Shown: positions 11,179 through 20,940, numbered from the stretch's first letter. The stretch: DNA of 64,000 nt from Phenylobacterium sp. (GCF_020401865.1 NZ_JADCAS010000003.1), one strand, 5' to 3'. The notes: generated by a model from the letters alone, not told the origin. A program made the numbers and translations.

Positions 11179-11301
11179 CTCGTCCCCCGGCTCATCGCAT
11201 CTCGGCGCATCTGTCATGACGATGGGGCGTGACGGGCGCAAGCGTCTTGCCGCCCGGCGGCGAGGGACCTAGCCTCGCACAGGTCCTTCGAGGTGTCCGA
11301 G

Positions 11302-13530
11302 ATGTTCCGCCGCCTGCTCCTGAGCCTCGTCCTGCTCCTTGCCTTGCCCGCCGCGGCGACCGCCGCCGCGACCGCCACCACGGCGCCCTCCGGGGTGAGG
11401 ACGACTGCCTCTGCGATCCCCTCCAAGGAGATGCTCCGTTGGCGCGAGACCGCCCGCCGGGTCACCATTGTCAGGGACGATTGGGGTATCGCCCACATCC
11501 GGGGCAAGACCGACGCGGATGCTGTCTTCGGCATGATCTACGCCCAGGCCGAGGATGACTTTCCGCGCATCGAGACCAACTACTTGATCGCCCTGGGCCG
11601 GCTGGCGGAGGCCGAGGGCGAAGGCGCCCTGATGCAGGACCTCCGGGCTCGGCTCTATGTCGATCCGGACATCCTCAAGGCCCATTACGCCAAGAGCCCG
11701 CCCTGGCTGCGCAAGCTGATGGACGCCTGGGCGGACGGGCTGAACTATTACCTGGCCATGAACCCCCAGGTGCGCCCGAAGGTGTTGACGCGCTTCGAGC
11801 CCTGGATGGCCCTGAGCTTCTCCGAGGGCAGCATCGGCGGCGACATCGAGCGCATCGCTTTGGATGGCCTTGCGGAGATGTACTCGGACCGACCCTGGGT
11901 CCTGGCCAGCGCGGCCCCGGTCGGGCCGGAGGAGCCTCGGGGTTCCAATGGCATCGCCATCGGCCCGTCCCGGGCCTGGGGCGGACGGCCGCTGCTTCTG
12001 ATCAACCCCCACACCAGCTTCTACTTCCGCGCCGAACAGCAGGTGACATCGGACGCCGGGCTCAATGTGTACGGAGCGGCGACCTGGGGCCAGTTCTTCA
12101 TCTACCAGGGCTTCAACTCCCGGGTGGGCTGGATGCACACCTCCAGCGGGGTGGACTCTGTGGATGAGTTCTCGGTTCAGGTGATCAACCGGAGCGGGAA
12201 GCTGACCTACCGATACGGCGCTGAAGAGAGGCCGGTGGTCACGCGTACGATCGCCGTGCCCTGGCGAACGCCGCAGGGCGCCCTGGTACAGAGCACCTTC
12301 CGGGTGCACTTCACCCACCATGGTCCTGTCGTCCGCAAGGAGGGGGACCGCTGGATCGCCTTCGCCATGATGAACCGGCCGGTGGAGGCCCTCAGCCAGT
12401 CCTTCCTGCGCACCCGAGCCCGCAATTTCGATGAGTTCATGAAAGCGGCGGCCCTGGTCGGCAATTCCTCGAACAATACCCTTTACGCCGACGCTGACGG
12501 GGTGATCGCCTACCTGCATCCCCAATTCGTGCCACGGCGGAACGACCGGTTCGACTACACCCGGACGGTCGACGGATCAGACCCGGCGACGGACTGGAAG
12601 GGACTGCACGCCCTGTCCGAACTGCCCAGCGTGAAGTCCCCCAAGGGGGGCTGGGTCTACAATACCAATGACTGGCCCTGGACGGCCGCAGGACCAGAGA
12701 GCCCCCGACGGGACCGCTTCCCCCGCTATATGGACACGGTGGGCCCGAACCCCCGGGGCGCCAATGCCGTCCAGCTGCTGGAGGGGGGGCAAACCTTCAC
12801 CCTCGACACCCTGGCCCAGGGGGCGTTCAACACCCGCCTGCCGGCTTTCGAGGCCCTCCTGCCCGGCCTCGAGGCTGCCTGGGATGCGACCCCCGGCGCC
12901 GATCCGCTGCGCCTGAAGCTGGCCGAGGACATCCGCCTGCTGCGGGGCTGGAACCGGCGTTGGTCGGCCACATCCGAGGCCCTGACCCTGGCGGTCTTCT
13001 GGGGCGACCTGCTCTGGCCCGAGGCCGAGGAGATCGCCCGGAAGGAGGGCTTGAGCGTCTGGGAGGCGATGGCCAGCCGGATCGCGCCCCGGCGCAAGCT
13101 GGAGGTCCTCGCCCAGGCCTCCGACCGGCTTCAGGCCGACTTCGGGACCCGCAAGGTCCCCTGGGGCGAGGTGAACCGCTTCCAGCGGCGGACCGGCGAT
13201 ATTCGCCAGGACTTCAGCGACGCCGCGCCGAGCCTCGCCGCCCCCTTCCCCTCGGCGCGCTGGGGCGCGCTGGCCTCCTTCGGGGCCCGCCGCCCTGAGG
13301 GCCAGAAGAGGTTCTATGGGAGCAGCGGCAACAGCTTCGTCGCGGTGGTGGAGTTCGGGCCCCGGGTCCGGGCCCGGGCGGTGACGGCGGGCGGCGCCTC
13401 CAGCTCGCCCCTGTCGAAGCACTTCACCGACCAGGCTCCCCGCTATCTGAGCGGCGACCTTCGGCCGGTTTACTTCTGGCCCGACGAGATCAAGGGCCGC
13501 GTGGCCCGCACCTACCGGCCCGGGCAGTAG
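11302..13530 (+). CDS. Penicillin/AHL acylase family (peptidase S45, Ntn-hydrolase), secreted
   Basis: Signal peptide, IVRDDWGIAHI, beta-chain N-terminal nucleophile motif GSNGIAIG, LLINPH and GWMHTS. Confidence 0.88.
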   Translation: MFRRLLLSLVLLLALPAAATAAATATTAPSGVRTTASAIPSKEMLRWRETARRVTIVRDDWGIAHIRGKTDADAVFGMIYAQAEDDFPRIETNYLIALGRLAEAEGEGALMQDLRARLYVDPDILKAHYAKSPPWLRKLMDAWADGLNYYLAMNPQVRPKVLTRFEPWMALSFSEGSIGGDIERIALDGLAEMYSDRPWVLASAAPVGPEEPRGSNGIAIGPSRAWGGRPLLLINPHTSFYFRAEQQVTSDAGLNVYGAATWGQFFIYQGFNSRVGWMHTSSGVDSVDEFSVQVINRSGKLTYRYGAEERPVVTRTIAVPWRTPQGALVQSTFRVHFTHHGPVVRKEGDRWIAFAMMNRPVEALSQSFLRTRARNFDEFMKAAALVGNSSNNTLYADADGVIAYLHPQFVPRRNDRFDYTRTVDGSDPATDWKGLHALSELPSVKSPKGGWVYNTNDWPWTAAGPESPRRDRFPRYMDTVGPNPRGANAVQLLEGGQTFTLDTLAQGAFNTRLPAFEALLPGLEAAWDATPGADPLRLKLAEDIRLLRGWNRRWSATSEALTLAVFWGDLLWPEAEEIARKEGLSVWEAMASRIAPRRKLEVLAQASDRLQADFGTRKVPWGEVNRFQRRTGDIRQDFSDAAPSLAAPFPSARWGALASFGARRPEGQKRFYGSSGNSFVAVVEFGPRVRARAVTAGGASSSPLSKHFTDQAPRYLSGDLRPVYFWPDEIKGRVARTYRPGQ

Positions 13531-13536
13531 CGCGGT

Positions 13537-13556
13537 ATTGCGCCGTCCGGCGCAAT
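13537..13556. terminator. Short inverted repeat after the acylase gene (terminator- or operator-like)
   Basis: ATTGCGCC-GTCC-GGCGCAAT, a perfect 8-bp stem with no U-tract. Confidence 0.35.
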
Positions 13557-13593
13557 GACCTATCGCCCAAGCCTCCAGAACACCGGGACCGCC

Positions 13594-14400
13594 ATGGACG
13601 CCTCCGACTCCACGCCGACCGCACGCCCCCTCGAGGCCGTGCGCGCGCGCCTGGACGAGGTCGACCGGCGCCTGCTTGAACTTATCGATGAGCGGGCCGC
13701 CCTCGCGGGCGAGGTGGCGGCGGCCAAGGCGGCGGCGGGCGAGGGTGGCCGCTTCGCCCTGCGTCCGCAGCGCGAGGCCGAGGTCCTGCGTAATCTCCTG
13801 GGCCGCTCCCGCACAGCCGCGCCCGCAGGTCTGATCGTCCGGATCTGGCGGGAGCTGATGAGCGACAGCCTGTCGCGGCAGGGGCCCTATCACGTCAGCG
13901 TCTATGGCGGACAGACGCCCGACGGGGTCCGCGAGGCGGCCCGGATGCGGTTCGGCGCCGCCCCACCCTTCACCGCCGTGAGCCGTCCCGAGGACGCCAT
14001 CGCCGCCGCCCGGACGCCCGGTGGGGTTGCGGTCCTGGCCCTGGACACCCGAACCCCTTGGTGGGGGCGGCTGCTGGCCGAGCCGGCCCTGCGCGTCTTC
14101 GCCGCCCTGCCCTGTCTGAACGCCTGGGGCCGCCCCACCGCCCTGGCGGCGGCGGAGGTGGAAATCGGTCCGACCGGCGGGGACCGCACCTACTGGGTCA
14201 CCGACGCCCCCGGTCCGCCTGGGCGGCTGGTCGAGGCCCTGAGCAAGGACGGCGTGGCTGCCGAACTCCTGGCCGATGCTGGCGGCCTGCGCCTCTTCGA
14301 GCTGGTGGGATACTACCAGTCCGACGACGAGCGCCTCGCCCGGGCGCCCGGGCGGCTGACCGGCGTGATCGGCGCGGCCTCGGCGCCGCTGGACACCTGA
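13594..14400 (+). CDS. Chorismate mutase (AroQ type) with alphaproteobacterial C-terminal domain
   Basis: LEAVRARLDEVDRRLLELIDERA...RPQREAEVL; first gene of the operon with hisC and tyrC. Confidence 0.8.
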   Translation: MDASDSTPTARPLEAVRARLDEVDRRLLELIDERAALAGEVAAAKAAAGEGGRFALRPQREAEVLRNLLGRSRTAAPAGLIVRIWRELMSDSLSRQGPYHVSVYGGQTPDGVREAARMRFGAAPPFTAVSRPEDAIAAARTPGGVAVLALDTRTPWWGRLLAEPALRVFAALPCLNAWGRPTALAAAEVEIGPTGGDRTYWVTDAPGPPGRLVEALSKDGVAAELLADAGGLRLFELVGYYQSDDERLARAPGRLTGVIGAASAPLDT

Positions 14401-14410
14401 AGGGGAAACC

Positions 14411-15511
14411 ATGACCGATCGTCCCCAGCCCAAGCCCGGCATCCTCGACATCTCGCCCTACAGGCCCGGCAAGGCCGCGGTGGAGGGTGTGGCGCACCCG
14501 CTCAAGCTCTCGGCGAACGAGAACATCCTCGGCTCGAGCCCGGAGGCGAAGACGGCCTTCGCCTCCGCCATCGACGAGTTGCACCTCTATCCGGACGGGC
14601 GCTGCAACGCCCTGCGCGAGGCGATCAGCGCCCGGTACGGCCTTGAGCCCGAACGGCTGCTGTTCGGCTGCGGGTCCGACGAAATCTTCCAGCTGATCGG
14701 CCAGACCTTCCTCCAGCCCGGCGACAACGCCATACAAGGCGAGCATGGCTTCGGCGCCTTCGCCATCGCCACCCGCGCGGCGGGGGGTGAGGTGCGCATG
14801 GCCCGCGAGACCGACCTGCGGATCGACGTCGATGAACTGCTCGCCTGCGCGGACGAGCGGACCCGGATCGTCTGGGTGGCTAATCCCGCCAACCCGACAG
14901 GCACCCTGGTCAAGGGCTCTGAAATCCGCCGCCTGCACGCGGCCCTGCCCGCCGATGTGGTCCTGGTGCTTGACGGCGCCTATGCCGAGTTCGCTGAGGA
15001 CCCGGATTTCGAGGACGGGGTCGACCTTGTCCGCAACTTCTCAAACGTCATCATGACGCGGACCTTCTCCAAGCTGCACGGCCTGGCCGCCCTGAGGGTG
15101 GGGTGGGCCTACATGCCGCAGGACATGGCCGACGCCATCGACCGGATTCGCCTGCCCTTCAACGTCTCCATCCCCGCCCAGCGGGCGGCCATCGCCGCCC
15201 TGGCGGACGAAGACTTCCAGGCGCGCTCGCTGGAGTTGGTGCGGACCTGGCGGCCCTGGCTGGCCCAGCAACTGGGCGGCCTGGGGCTGGAGACCACCGC
15301 GTCCAGCGCCAACTTCGTGCTCGCCCGGTTCCCGAAGACGCCCGGACGGACAGCCGCAGACGCCGACGCCTTCCTGTGCTCGAGGGGGCTGATCCCACGG
15401 ATGGTCGGCGGCTACGGCCTGCCCGACCACCTGCGCATCACCATCGGGCTGGAGGCGCACAACCGGGCCCTCGTGGACGCCCTCGCCGAGTTCCTGGGGA
15501 CCCGTCCGTGA
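14411..15511 (+). CDS. hisC: Histidinol-phosphate aminotransferase
   Basis: KLSANEN, GSDE, ANPANPTG, DGAYAEF and PLP-lysine motif RTFSKLHGLAALRVG. Confidence 0.93.
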   Translation: MTDRPQPKPGILDISPYRPGKAAVEGVAHPLKLSANENILGSSPEAKTAFASAIDELHLYPDGRCNALREAISARYGLEPERLLFGCGSDEIFQLIGQTFLQPGDNAIQGEHGFGAFAIATRAAGGEVRMARETDLRIDVDELLACADERTRIVWVANPANPTGTLVKGSEIRRLHAALPADVVLVLDGAYAEFAEDPDFEDGVDLVRNFSNVIMTRTFSKLHGLAALRVGWAYMPQDMADAIDRIRLPFNVSIPAQRAAIAALADEDFQARSLELVRTWRPWLAQQLGGLGLETTASSANFVLARFPKTPGRTAADADAFLCSRGLIPRMVGGYGLPDHLRITIGLEAHNRALVDALAEFLGTRP

Positions 15512-16449
15512 TCTACGCCCGGATGGCCGTGATCGGCTGCGGCCTGATCGGGTCCTCGGTGATCCGCGCCGCACGGGCGGCGGGGGCCGTGGGTTCCGTG
15601 GCCGTGGGCGAAGCCAGCGAGGCCCACCGTGCCGAGATCGCCGCCCTGGGCTACGCCGACCTCGTCACGGGGGACCTCGCCGAAGCGGTGGCGGACGCCG
15701 ACCTGGTGGTCTTCGCTGTGCCCGTCCTGGCCATGGGCCCGGCGGCCGCCGCGGCGGCGGCGGCGCTGAAGCCGGGCGCCACGGTTACGGATGTGGGTTC
15801 GGTCAAGGTCGGGGTGGCCGAATCCCTGCGCGCAGCCCTGCCGGCCTCAGTTTACCTGGTCCCGGGACACCCTATCGCGGGCACCGAACAGTCTGGACCC
15901 GCCGCCGGCTTCGCCGAGCTGTTCCGCGGCAGGTGGGTCATACTGACGCCGGAGGCGGATGACCGGCCGGCCTACCGAGACGCCGTCAACCGCCTCTCGG
16001 ACTTCTGGATCGCCCTAGGCGCCCAGGTGGACATCATGGATGCTGCGCACCACGATCTGGTGCTGGCCGTCACCAGCCACCTTCCCCACCTGATCGCCTA
16101 CAACATCGTCGGCACGGCCGCCGACATGGAGGAGGTCACCCGGGCCGAGGTGATGAAGTACTCGGCTGGCGGGTTCCGTGACTTCACCCGGATCGCCGCC
16201 TCGGACCCCACCATGTGGCGCGACGTCTTTCTGGCCAACAGAGACGCTGTCCTGGAAGTCCTCGGCCGGTTCACCGAGGATCTTCAGGCTTTGTCCAGAG
16301 CGATCCGCTGGGGCGAAGGCGACAAGCTGTTCGACCTGTTCACGCGAACCCGAGATATCCGGCGCGGCATCGTCGCCGCCGGGCAGGAGAGCGCCGAGCC
16401 GAACTTCGGCCGTGACCGGGCGGCGTCCGGCGGCGGGCCGAAGCCGTGA
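15508..16449 (+). CDS. tyrC: Cyclohexadienyl/prephenate dehydrogenase
   Basis: GTG start overlaps the hisC stop (GTGA). GCGLIG Rossmann, TDVGSVK, GHPIAGTE, HDLVLAVTSHLPH and GGFRDFTRIAASDPTMWRD. Confidence 0.92.
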   Translation: MIYARMAVIGCGLIGSSVIRAARAAGAVGSVAVGEASEAHRAEIAALGYADLVTGDLAEAVADADLVVFAVPVLAMGPAAAAAAAALKPGATVTDVGSVKVGVAESLRAALPASVYLVPGHPIAGTEQSGPAAGFAELFRGRWVILTPEADDRPAYRDAVNRLSDFWIALGAQVDIMDAAHHDLVLAVTSHLPHLIAYNIVGTAADMEEVTRAEVMKYSAGGFRDFTRIAASDPTMWRDVFLANRDAVLEVLGRFTEDLQALSRAIRWGEGDKLFDLFTRTRDIRRGIVAAGQESAEPNFGRDRAASGGGPKP

Positions 16450-16775
16450 GCGGCTACGCCTGGCTGGCGGGGGCCATCGCCACCGAGATCGTCAGCACCA
16501 GCCTGCTGAAACTGTCCGAGGGCTTCACCCGCCCGCTTCCCGGAGCCGGCGCCATCGCCCTGGTGGCGGTGTCCTTCTACTGTCTCGCCCAGGCGCAGAG
16601 GACCATCCCGATGGGGATCGGATACGCCATCTGGTCCGGAGTGGGCATTCTCGCCATCACGGCGATCGGCTGGGTCGGCTTCCGCCAGAAGCTCGATGTC
16701 CCCGCCATCCTGGGGATCGGCTTGATCCTGACCGGCGTTCTGGTGATCCGCCTCTTCTCCCGCGCCGAGGCCTGA
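16446..16775 (+). CDS. Small multidrug resistance (SMR/DMT) transporter, EmrE/Qac-like
   Basis: 109 aa, four TM helices, membrane Glu in AIATEIV, LKLSEGFT and YAIWSGVG. Confidence 0.9.
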   Translation: MSGYAWLAGAIATEIVSTSLLKLSEGFTRPLPGAGAIALVAVSFYCLAQAQRTIPMGIGYAIWSGVGILAITAIGWVGFRQKLDVPAILGIGLILTGVLVIRLFSRAEA

Positions 16776-16831
16776 CCGGCGCACTGAGACGGCGCGTTCC
16801 GTTTCAGTCCCGGGTGGGTTAGGTCTGGCCA

Positions 16832-19603
16832 GTGAATCTCCCGCCCGCCCTCGTCGTCCTGCCCGGCCCCAAGGCCGCCCTTTCCGGCGCCGGGGGCGCT
16901 GTCCGGCTGGTCCCCGCCGAGGCCCGGGAGCGGTTCGCGCAGGACCGGCTGCTGGTCGCCCATGCAACGCTCACCGCACGCCGGCTGGGCGCCGCCCCTC
17001 CGCCCCGCTCGCCGCGCCTGCTGGACGCCCTGGAGCTCTTCGCCTTCGTCCGCCCCGGCGCCTTCACGGCGCCTTCCGCCGCCGGCCTCGCCCTGGCGAT
17101 GGGAGATCCCGAGCCGGTGGGTCCGGAGGACATGGCCGTCGCCCTGGCCCGGGTCGCCCAGCGGTTGCTGGACGAGCTCGCAGACGCCCCCACGCCCTCC
17201 CGAGAGGAGGCCCTGGCGGTGGCCGAGACCCTGGCCCGGGGGGGCTGGGCCTGGGGTGACGACGTCGTCGCCGCCCTGCGCTCCCGCCCCGTCTCCAACG
17301 CCTTCCGCAGCTCGGGTCTGGATGTCTGGGCGCGGCTGGAGGAGTGGGAGGACCCGGGGCCGGCGGGCGATCCGGGAAGCGCGCCGGTCTCGCCGGAGGC
17401 CGCCGTCCGTCGGCTGGGCGAACTCCTGGAGCGGGCCGGCCTCGACGAGGCGAGGACCGCCCAGGCCGAGTACGCCCGTGAGGCCGCGTTCGTCTTCCGG
17501 CCGCGCGACCGTGAGAACGAGCCCAACATGCTGCTGGCCGAGGCCGGGACCGGGATCGGCAAGACCCTGGGCTACCTCGCTCCCGCCTCCCTCTGGGCCG
17601 AGGCGAACGGCCCCTCGGTCTGGATCTCCACCTACACCCGCGCCCTGCAGCGGCAGATCGAGCGCGAGAGCGCCGTCCTCTTCCCCGACCCGGCGGCGCG
17701 GGCCCGGCGGGCCGTCGTGCGCAAGGGCCGCGAGAACTATCTCTGCCTCCTGAACTTCCAGGACCTGGTCAACACCGCCCAGCTGGGAGCGGCGGACCTG
17801 ATCGGCCTGGGCCTGACCGCCCGCTGGATCCGGGTCAGTCGCGATGGCGACATGACCGGCGGCGACTTCCCCGCCTGGCTGCCGGGCCTGTTCGCCGTCC
17901 CGCCCGCCGGGCAGGCGGCGGCGGGCAACCTGGTCGACCGGCGGGGCGAGTGTATCCACGCCGGCTGTGCGCATTACCGGACCTGTTTCGTCGAGAAGGC
18001 CATCCGCGCCTCACGCCGGGCCGACATCGTCATCGCCAACCACGCCCTGGTCATGGCCCAGGCGGCCTTCGACGGCGCCCGGGCCGGCCGGGGTGCGCCG
18101 GAGGACTCCGAGACCACGCGGCTGCGCCGGGTGGTGTTCGACGAGGGCCATCACGTGTTCGACGCCGCAGACGCCGCCTTCTCCACCGCCCTCTCCGGCC
18201 AGGAGACCGCAGAGCTCAGGCGCTGGATCCGGGGATCAGAGCGGAGGGGGCGCCGGGGCCGCGGGCTGGAGGCGCGGCTGGGTGACCTCGTGGGCGCCGA
18301 CGGACCCGCGCGCCAGGCCCTGAACGACGTGGTGCACGCCGCCGGCCGGCTGCCCGGCGAGGGCTGGAGCGGCCGGCTGTCGTCTGCGGACCCCGAGGCG
18401 CCCCAGGGCCCTGTCGAGACCTTCCTGGCGGCCATGGCCGTCCAGCTTCGGGCCCGCGCCGAGCCCACCGACCTGGCGCCCGCCTGCGCGGCCCGCCCGG
18501 CCCTGCCCGAGGCGGTCGCCGCCGCACGGGCGGTCGCCTCGGCCCTGGCGGACATCGAGGCGCCCCTCCTGGCCCTGACCCGGACCCTGGAGGACCTGTT
18601 GGACCAGGGCGCCGAGACCCTGACCGGCGCCGAGCGTGGGCGGATAGAGGGGGTGCTCCGGGGCCTGGACCGCCGGGCGCGCATGACCCTGCCCGCCTGG
18701 CGCGGCATGCTGTCGACTCTCGACGCCGAGGTCGCGGGCGACGATCCCGACTTCGTCGACTGGTTCGAGGGGGTGGTGATCAGCGGCCGGCTGGCGGACG
18801 CCGCCTTCCGCCGCCACTGGGTGGACCCCACCGAGCCCCTCGTGCGCACCGTGCTGGAGCCGGCGCACGGGATCCTCGTCACCTCGGCCACCCTGACGGA
18901 CAGCGCCGCGGAGGACCCCTTCGCCCTGGCCGAGCTGCGATCGGGGGGTCGCCGCATGGCCTCGCCGCCGGCGCACCTGCGCCTCGCCTCGCCCTTCGAC
19001 TACGCCGCCTGCGCCCGGGCCTTCGTGGTCACGGACGTCAGCAAGAACGACGCCCGGCAGGTGGGCGCGGCCATGCGCGAGCTCTTCCTGGCGGCGGGCG
19101 GCGGTGGCCTCGGCCTGTTCACCGCCATCCGCAGGCTGCGGGCGGTGCATGAGCAGATCGCCGCTCCCCTGGGCGACCGGGGACTGTCGCTGTACGCCCA
19201 GCATGTGGACCCCCTGGAGGTCGGCGCCCTGGTGGACATCTTCCGGGCGGAGGTCGACTCCTGCCTGCTCGGTACAGACGCCGTCCGCGACGGGGTCGAC
19301 GTGCCGGGCCGCAGCCTGCGCCTGCTGGTCTTCGACCGGGCGCCCTGGCCCCGGCCAGACCTGTTGCACAAGGCGCGCCGGGCCCGCTTCGGGAACGGCT
19401 GGGACGACGCCATCACCCGGGGCCGCATCGCCCAGGCCTTCGGCCGGCTGATCCGCCGCCAGGATGACAAGGGCGTCTTCGTCATGCTGGACGCCGCCAC
19501 CCCCACACGCCTGTTCGGCGCCCTGCCGGAGGGGGTCGAGGTCCGCCGCCTGACCCTGGTGGAGGTGCTGGAGGCCACCCGCGACTTCCTGGCCGGCGGC
19601 TGA
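16832..19603 (+). CDS. ATP-dependent DNA helicase, DinG/YoaA family
   Basis: EAGTGIGKT, KGRENYLC, IANHAL, DEGH, SATL, LFTA, DGVDVPG and QAFGRLIR motifs. Confidence 0.9.
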   Translation: MNLPPALVVLPGPKAALSGAGGAVRLVPAEARERFAQDRLLVAHATLTARRLGAAPPPRSPRLLDALELFAFVRPGAFTAPSAAGLALAMGDPEPVGPEDMAVALARVAQRLLDELADAPTPSREEALAVAETLARGGWAWGDDVVAALRSRPVSNAFRSSGLDVWARLEEWEDPGPAGDPGSAPVSPEAAVRRLGELLERAGLDEARTAQAEYAREAAFVFRPRDRENEPNMLLAEAGTGIGKTLGYLAPASLWAEANGPSVWISTYTRALQRQIERESAVLFPDPAARARRAVVRKGRENYLCLLNFQDLVNTAQLGAADLIGLGLTARWIRVSRDGDMTGGDFPAWLPGLFAVPPAGQAAAGNLVDRRGECIHAGCAHYRTCFVEKAIRASRRADIVIANHALVMAQAAFDGARAGRGAPEDSETTRLRRVVFDEGHHVFDAADAAFSTALSGQETAELRRWIRGSERRGRRGRGLEARLGDLVGADGPARQALNDVVHAAGRLPGEGWSGRLSSADPEAPQGPVETFLAAMAVQLRARAEPTDLAPACAARPALPEAVAAARAVASALADIEAPLLALTRTLEDLLDQGAETLTGAERGRIEGVLRGLDRRARMTLPAWRGMLSTLDAEVAGDDPDFVDWFEGVVISGRLADAAFRRHWVDPTEPLVRTVLEPAHGILVTSATLTDSAAEDPFALAELRSGGRRMASPPAHLRLASPFDYAACARAFVVTDVSKNDARQVGAAMRELFLAAGGGGLGLFTAIRRLRAVHEQIAAPLGDRGLSLYAQHVDPLEVGALVDIFRAEVDSCLLGTDAVRDGVDVPGRSLRLLVFDRAPWPRPDLLHKARRARFGNGWDDAITRGRIAQAFGRLIRRQDDKGVFVMLDAATPTRLFGALPEGVEVRRLTLVEVLEATRDFLAGG

Positions 19604-19657
19604 ACGCTGGACTCAGGCGCCGGGCCTGCCCATGCTGTCGCTGCTTCGGGAGGCCAC

Positions 19658-19933
19658 ATGCTGCGTCAAAAGGTGCTGGTGCTCTACCTGGCCAATTCGG
19701 CGCTGGATTCGGCCGTGGTCGGCTGGTCTCTGTTCGACGGGACCGGGCGGACCCGGCGCATGGCCGGGGACGAGGACGTCCCGCCCTATCCCACTGGCCT
19801 GCACGCCCTGTACGACGGTTGGCGGCTGATCCAGGCCTCGCCCCTCCTGCCCCACGCCCGGGGCGAGGAGTTCGACCTCGCCTATCTCAAGTACGAGTTC
19901 CTGTTCGAGCAGATCGTGGAGACCCGCCGATGA
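19658..19933 (+). CDS. Small hypothetical protein (91 aa), coupled to the downstream dioxygenase
   Basis: GGAGG SD, strong GC3 bias, stop overlaps the next ATG (ATGA at 19930-19933). Confidence 0.75.
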   Translation: MLRQKVLVLYLANSALDSAVVGWSLFDGTGRTRRMAGDEDVPPYPTGLHALYDGWRLIQASPLLPHARGEEFDLAYLKYEFLFEQIVETRR

Positions 19934-20862
19934 ACGACCTGCCCCTGCTGCCCGCCGAGGCCATGGCCAGCTTCGCCGCCCGCGGCTTCCTGCGCTTCGA
20001 CGGCGTCGTGCCGGAAGAGATCAACCGCCAGTTCCTGGAGGAGATGGGCGACATCGATCCGCCCCGGCCCGGACAGAAGATGAGGCGCACCTACGGCGAG
20101 ATGCTGGCGCGGGCCGGCGTGCCGCAGACCCCGGCGGGCGTGCCCCTGGCGCAGGCCTATCCCGACGGCTCGGCCCTGAAGCGCCTGCTCGACCTGCCCC
20201 TGGTGGCCGGCGCCATCCGCAGCCTGGTGGGCGAGGACCCGGTCTTCGACCACCACTTCCTGCATGTGACCTTCCCGCCCGCCTACCACGAGGCCAGCGG
20301 CGGCGAGAACGTCTCGCAGCACTACCACCAGGACTCCACCATCGACCCCCGGCGGGCCTTCGACATCCAGATCATGTACTACCCGCACGCCGTGACCCGG
20401 GAGATGGGCGGCACGCGCTTCCTGCCCGGCAGCCACCTGCGCAAGGTCAGCGAGGCGGCCATCGCCCGCTACCAGAACATCCGCGGCCAGCAGCACATGG
20501 TCTGCGAGGGCGGGACCCTGCTCTTCCTGCATTCGGGCATCTGGCACGGCGGCGGAGTGAACGTGTCCGACCGCACGCGGACCATGTTCAAGGTGCGCAT
20601 CAATCCCTCGCGCTCCCAGGTCCGCCAGTTCGACGTCTCGACCCTGAAGCCCCAGGAGACCCAGCGCCCGATCTTCTACCTCAAGGGCCCCCTGCCGCCC
20701 TCGGTGGAGCAGATCCTGATGACCCCCGAGCCCTGGCACGAGAACGACACCAGCCGGCTGGAGCTTCTGAACCGGGTGAAGCTATGGCGCTACCTGACCG
20801 GCGACCCGGACTACGACGCCGACTACTGGGCGACCCGGCTCGAGACCCTGGCGGACGCCTGA
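19930..20862 (+). CDS. Phytanoyl-CoA dioxygenase (PhyH)-like Fe(II)/2-oxoglutarate dioxygenase
   Basis: N-terminal FAARGFLRFDGV, HxD motif HQD, GGTRFLPGSHL, distal His in IWHGG and 2OG-binding Arg in DRTRTMFK. Confidence 0.82.
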   Translation: MNDLPLLPAEAMASFAARGFLRFDGVVPEEINRQFLEEMGDIDPPRPGQKMRRTYGEMLARAGVPQTPAGVPLAQAYPDGSALKRLLDLPLVAGAIRSLVGEDPVFDHHFLHVTFPPAYHEASGGENVSQHYHQDSTIDPRRAFDIQIMYYPHAVTREMGGTRFLPGSHLRKVSEAAIARYQNIRGQQHMVCEGGTLLFLHSGIWHGGGVNVSDRTRTMFKVRINPSRSQVRQFDVSTLKPQETQRPIFYLKGPLPPSVEQILMTPEPWHENDTSRLELLNRVKLWRYLTGDPDYDADYWATRLETLADA

Positions 20863-20940
20863 GGGGCGCCGGCGGCGGAACCGCTCCTGATCCCTCGGAC
20901 GGCGGAATGGGACGTGCAGCGCCGAGGCCGGCGCACAGCT

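Noticed and set aside
13594-14400. Chorismate mutase with a long C-terminal extension as a novel fusion
   Set aside because: This architecture upstream of hisC-tyrC is typical of alphaproteobacteria.
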